From positions 204,310,640-204,374,639 of the forward strand of contig NC_090942.1 of NCBI RefSeq assembly GCF_040807025.1: a stretch of 64,000 nucleotides of DNA, written 5' to 3'. Of the stretch, positions 60,638 through 64,000 are shown piece after piece (within the stretch, counting starts at the first letter, position 1; each line of letters starts with the position of its first letter). This stretch comes from Struthio camelus (Eukaryota). The notes beneath the pieces were generated by a model that was given only the letters and a program-made list of their open reading frames with translations, had not been told where the DNA came from and did not search any database. The translations under genes and the position numbers were made by a program.

Positions 60638-61557
60638 CTCAGCAATACAACACTGGATTGGCGATACTCAGCTTCTGCTGAAAAGCTTGTTGGAAGACCA
60701 GTTGTGTGCATGAGTTAGAAAAACGGCAAAAATGCAAGGTTTTTACAAGACGACAGATCAGCCATTGCAGCAAGACAAACTGGAGAGGGGTGGAAAACAG
60801 GGTTTAAGGGCAACACTTCATGCAACACTTATTAGAATGAATTTGCTTTAGGTTTTTGGACCATAAAACACTGCTGTGTCTGGATAACTTAGAATACATG
60901 CAAAAATTTCAATAAACGGCAAAGATGTAAGCTTTTCCTTAGCACACTTGATATACATAAGAATTAAAGCTGAAACAAACTATCAATATGAAGAAGTTCA
61001 TAGAGTATCTAGTAACACCTTTTTGTTAACAGCATTACCTAGTTATTTTAGGATTTTTCCTACGTTAACTTCTGCATAGAAAAATGCCTGACTTTACATC
61101 ACCTGTTTTTTTTTTTTTTTTTTTTTTTAAATAAGAGAAATAGTACCCCTGTTGCCCACAGATAATTTCTTTTCCATCTTTAGATCCAAAAGGAGGCACA
61201 GGAAAACTAGAGAGTTAGCTTAGTTGTTAGAGGAAAAAAGAATGCTGCACTTCACCCCGATGCAAGGAAACAAACTAGTACTTAAAGGCTGGCTTATATA
61301 CAGTTCTGTTGAAGTTACTGGGTCCACTCATATGTTTAAGTAAAGCATAGGCTCATGTACTTTGCACAGTCTGGATCTTAATGCTGCAACTTCCACAAAA
61401 ATAATGCAAAGAGTTAAAGGACAGAACAGACATCACTGCAAAGCCAGTAAGAGCGTGAACATGTTATGCTTGACTGAAACTTTTTGTTATGAGTAGTCAC
61501 ACAAAAACATTTACTACTTTTTAGTAGTAAAAGTTTATTCAATTTATTTCTACCTAC

Positions 61558-61638
61558 CTCATCCGCATCTTTTAAGTGGCTGAGATTACAAACAGCTATC
61601 CACAAAGCTTCATCAATATCTTCCATAGTTTTGCTGTC
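61558..61638 (-). CDS. RNF17: RNF17 exon (DSKTMEDIDEALWIAVCNLSHLKDADE)
   Basis: Acceptor tttttcaccag|GAC and donor GAG|GTAGGT. Coordinates were anchored to ORF 61414..61626. It matches human ...NTAEEIDEALNTAHHSFEQLS. Exons further 5', including the RING exon, lie outside the window or are unresolved. Confidence 0.6.
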
Positions 61639-64000
61639 CTGGTGAAAAATTTGTCAAAGAATAAGAAGTCACTTCTATGATGAGACGATAAGATAGGCTA
61701 TAATCATTTGCCATTTCTAATTAACAGAAAAGCACCTGAAGTGAGTGACTCTGATGATCTGTGTAAGGCTCTGAGTAGCTCTACAGCAGGAAACAGGCCC
61801 AGAACATTGGCTCACATGAATTACACTTTTAGATCGAGAGTATTTTCATTACAGTATCTCTGAAATAAGGATTCTAAATTATTTTTTCTGTTAAATGCAT
61901 ACATTTATTTACACTAATTAAAAGAAAAAAAGTAAATAAACTACTCAAGAACTGCATTTGGGGAATAATAAAAAAACTGCAGTAAGACAAAAAACACACA
62001 ATAATCTTCTAGCTTCATGCTGATGAAGGAAAAGATAGAAACAGTTTGGTTTAAAATCAGCATAGAAGTGAATGTACATACAGAAGTGACTTACTCTGTC
62101 ACTGGCATTACTAAAAACAGTGTTAAGAGTGCTGGTGTTCTGCTAAAAACAAATAAAAAACAAAAAAGGTCACCAGTTAGGGATGTCCCAAAAAGTAATC
62201 AGAGGGCAACAGGTGGAGGTTAGGGTCGGTGATGCTTAAGCCTGTCAAAGCCTGTCGCTACCAGGCAATCAGTTTAGTTTGCCAAAAGGCAACTTAACTA
62301 ACATCCAAACTTCCTCAAGTACTTAAGGGTTCCTCATGGTTTAGCAGAACAATTACACAGGAGAGAACTTAAAGCTTGACTTTGAAAACATGAAACAGTT
62401 TTGCCTCTGACCAAACACTAGCATAAGTGAAAGGAGGTAGCAGCTCCCTGCAGCTACTGCTGCAGCTACTGCTGCTTTTGCACCATGATTAGGTGGTTTT
62501 CTGGGAGAGATGAATTAAGTCACAAGCATCATTTTAGAGATCATGGAGTTTAATAAAGAGGTCTGCTGTCACTGTCATCTCTAAGAGCTTTCTGACTAAT
62601 GTATCTGAACATCTCACACAAACTATGTCTCTGCCTCAGAAGCAAAAAAAAAAAAACCGAAGAAAACCCTCCTGCTCTTATGACTTATGTTAACTGTGTC
62701 AGGAATATCTCCCTACGTCAACCATTCCCACCCTATTTAGAGCGGCTGTAAAGAGAAGTAATAGGTAAAAACACCTGGGAACAACACAGCTCCCTCCCTG
62801 CTTCGTGGTTCTCACTATGATCAGCAGCACAGAAATAAATACCCTTTCAAAATTCAAAGTACGTGGATATATATTCAATGATAAAAAATAAATGACATTG
62901 CCAAAAATATAGTAGTCACTAGGTAAAGAATAAAAAAGATTGAAAAAGCCAAACGAAACAAAAGCAAGTACCAGTTTATCAAGTTTAGAATTAATTTAAT
63001 CTCAATAAATGTGGTTTTTCAAAGAATGAGCTCAAAAGAGGAGAAAAAAAAAAGTAGTTCAATAGCTTTCCCCAGAAAAGAAAACTTTCAGTCAACAGAA
63101 GGGGTGACTACCACCAAAATATTACTTAAGACTGCAAACTCAAACGTAGAAGATGACCTCAGGCTATTTTGTTAAAAATTTTGTAAATGGTAATACATTA
63201 TAGTTTGAGATAACATCTTATGGCTTATTGCAAAAAATTTTTTCAGGAACGTTCAGAAAAGAAAACCATTTTTAAACTTTAATGGGCACCATAACAAAAC
63301 TACATTAGGAACTATTACAGAAATTTACAAATTATGCATCTTTGAAGGTAACTGCATAGAACAATCTTCAAGCAAGGAAACAGGACTGGCAGGAGATACA
63401 TCATTCAGTCCAGTTTTTTTTTTTGTCATTTTAAGACACCAACAAAACTAGTTCACCTGGCCTAGGACTTGAAATTCATTCAGAAAGATCAGGTGAGAAA
63501 ACTCTTAGGAGAATTTTTTACGAGATACCCACTTGTCCAATAACCTAATCTAAGTGCATTATTGCCCTGAGAAACTGCCTAACTACGCTGAGGACATGCA
63601 TTGCATAAGTCTTGCAATTCTTCACCTTGAATGAAAAGAAAAAAAAAGCTAATATTATGAAGCCTCAGATGTCTTTCTGAAAATCTAAATTCAAAATATG
63701 TACTTTCACAGCCAGCTGAACACGTTAGCCCTCCTTGGCTTATGATCTGGTTTGGTCTGTGTTCATTTTGTCAGTTAGTCTATTAACACTGTAGCTGTTG
63801 ACACATCAATTTCATGATAAGATACACATAATCAGTAAAGCTTCAGGGTTCTGACTGTACCTTAACAGAGTATTAACTATGCATATACAGAAATAATACA
63901 TGAGAATATAACGAAATTCAACATTAACACACCATGTCTACCGGTGGAGCTAGAACTGGTTTGTACTTCAGCCCACCATCTGAAGAAGTCGGATGCTGAA

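Overview
This window is vertebrate nuclear DNA, almost certainly avian or sauropsid. The evidence is several CR1 (chicken-repeat-1) LINE copies, about 38% GC, long introns, and exon chains whose products closely match amniote proteins. There are no prokaryotic features: no operons, no CRISPR arrays, and no tRNA or rRNA genes.

Two convergent, tail-to-tail protein-coding genes fill the window.

(1) The 3' half of CENPJ/CPAP lies on the + strand at 1-10.7 kb. It comprises the large central exon at 1072..2683 plus 11 further exons ending in the TCP10/G-box C-terminal domain. The stop codon TAG is at 10703..10705.

(2) Most of RNF17/TDRD4, a multi-Tudor germline piRNA-pathway protein, lies on the - strand from about 13.3 kb to beyond 61.6 kb. 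Its 5' end lies outside the window. I resolved 30 exons by hand. The calls rest on splice-site consensus, strict codon-phase continuity across exon-exon junctions, and Tudor-domain sequence logic (FYxQL ... GxxCxAxYxxDGxWYRAxI ... VxFIDYGNxExV ... LPxQAIxCxL).

A 5'-truncated, degenerate CR1 LINE (ORF2 EN/RT remnants, + strand, 35.66-37.75 kb) sits antisense inside an RNF17 intron. At least four further CR1 3'-end fragments are present.

Other notable structure: a GT/CA inverted-repeat hairpin next to a CENPJ splice donor, C19 and U30 homopolymer tracts next to RNF17 5' splice sites, a (GGT)n G-quadruplex motif, and several mononucleotide and dinucleotide microsatellites.

Unresolved RNF17 exons remain at 53.4-56.9 kb and 16.3-22.2 kb. 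The terminal exon between 10.7 and 13.5 kb is also not securely placed.

No feature requires a novel biological system. The most interesting observations are structural: intronic homopolymers and hairpins abutting splice donors, the TE content of the introns, and the very short convergent intergenic space.
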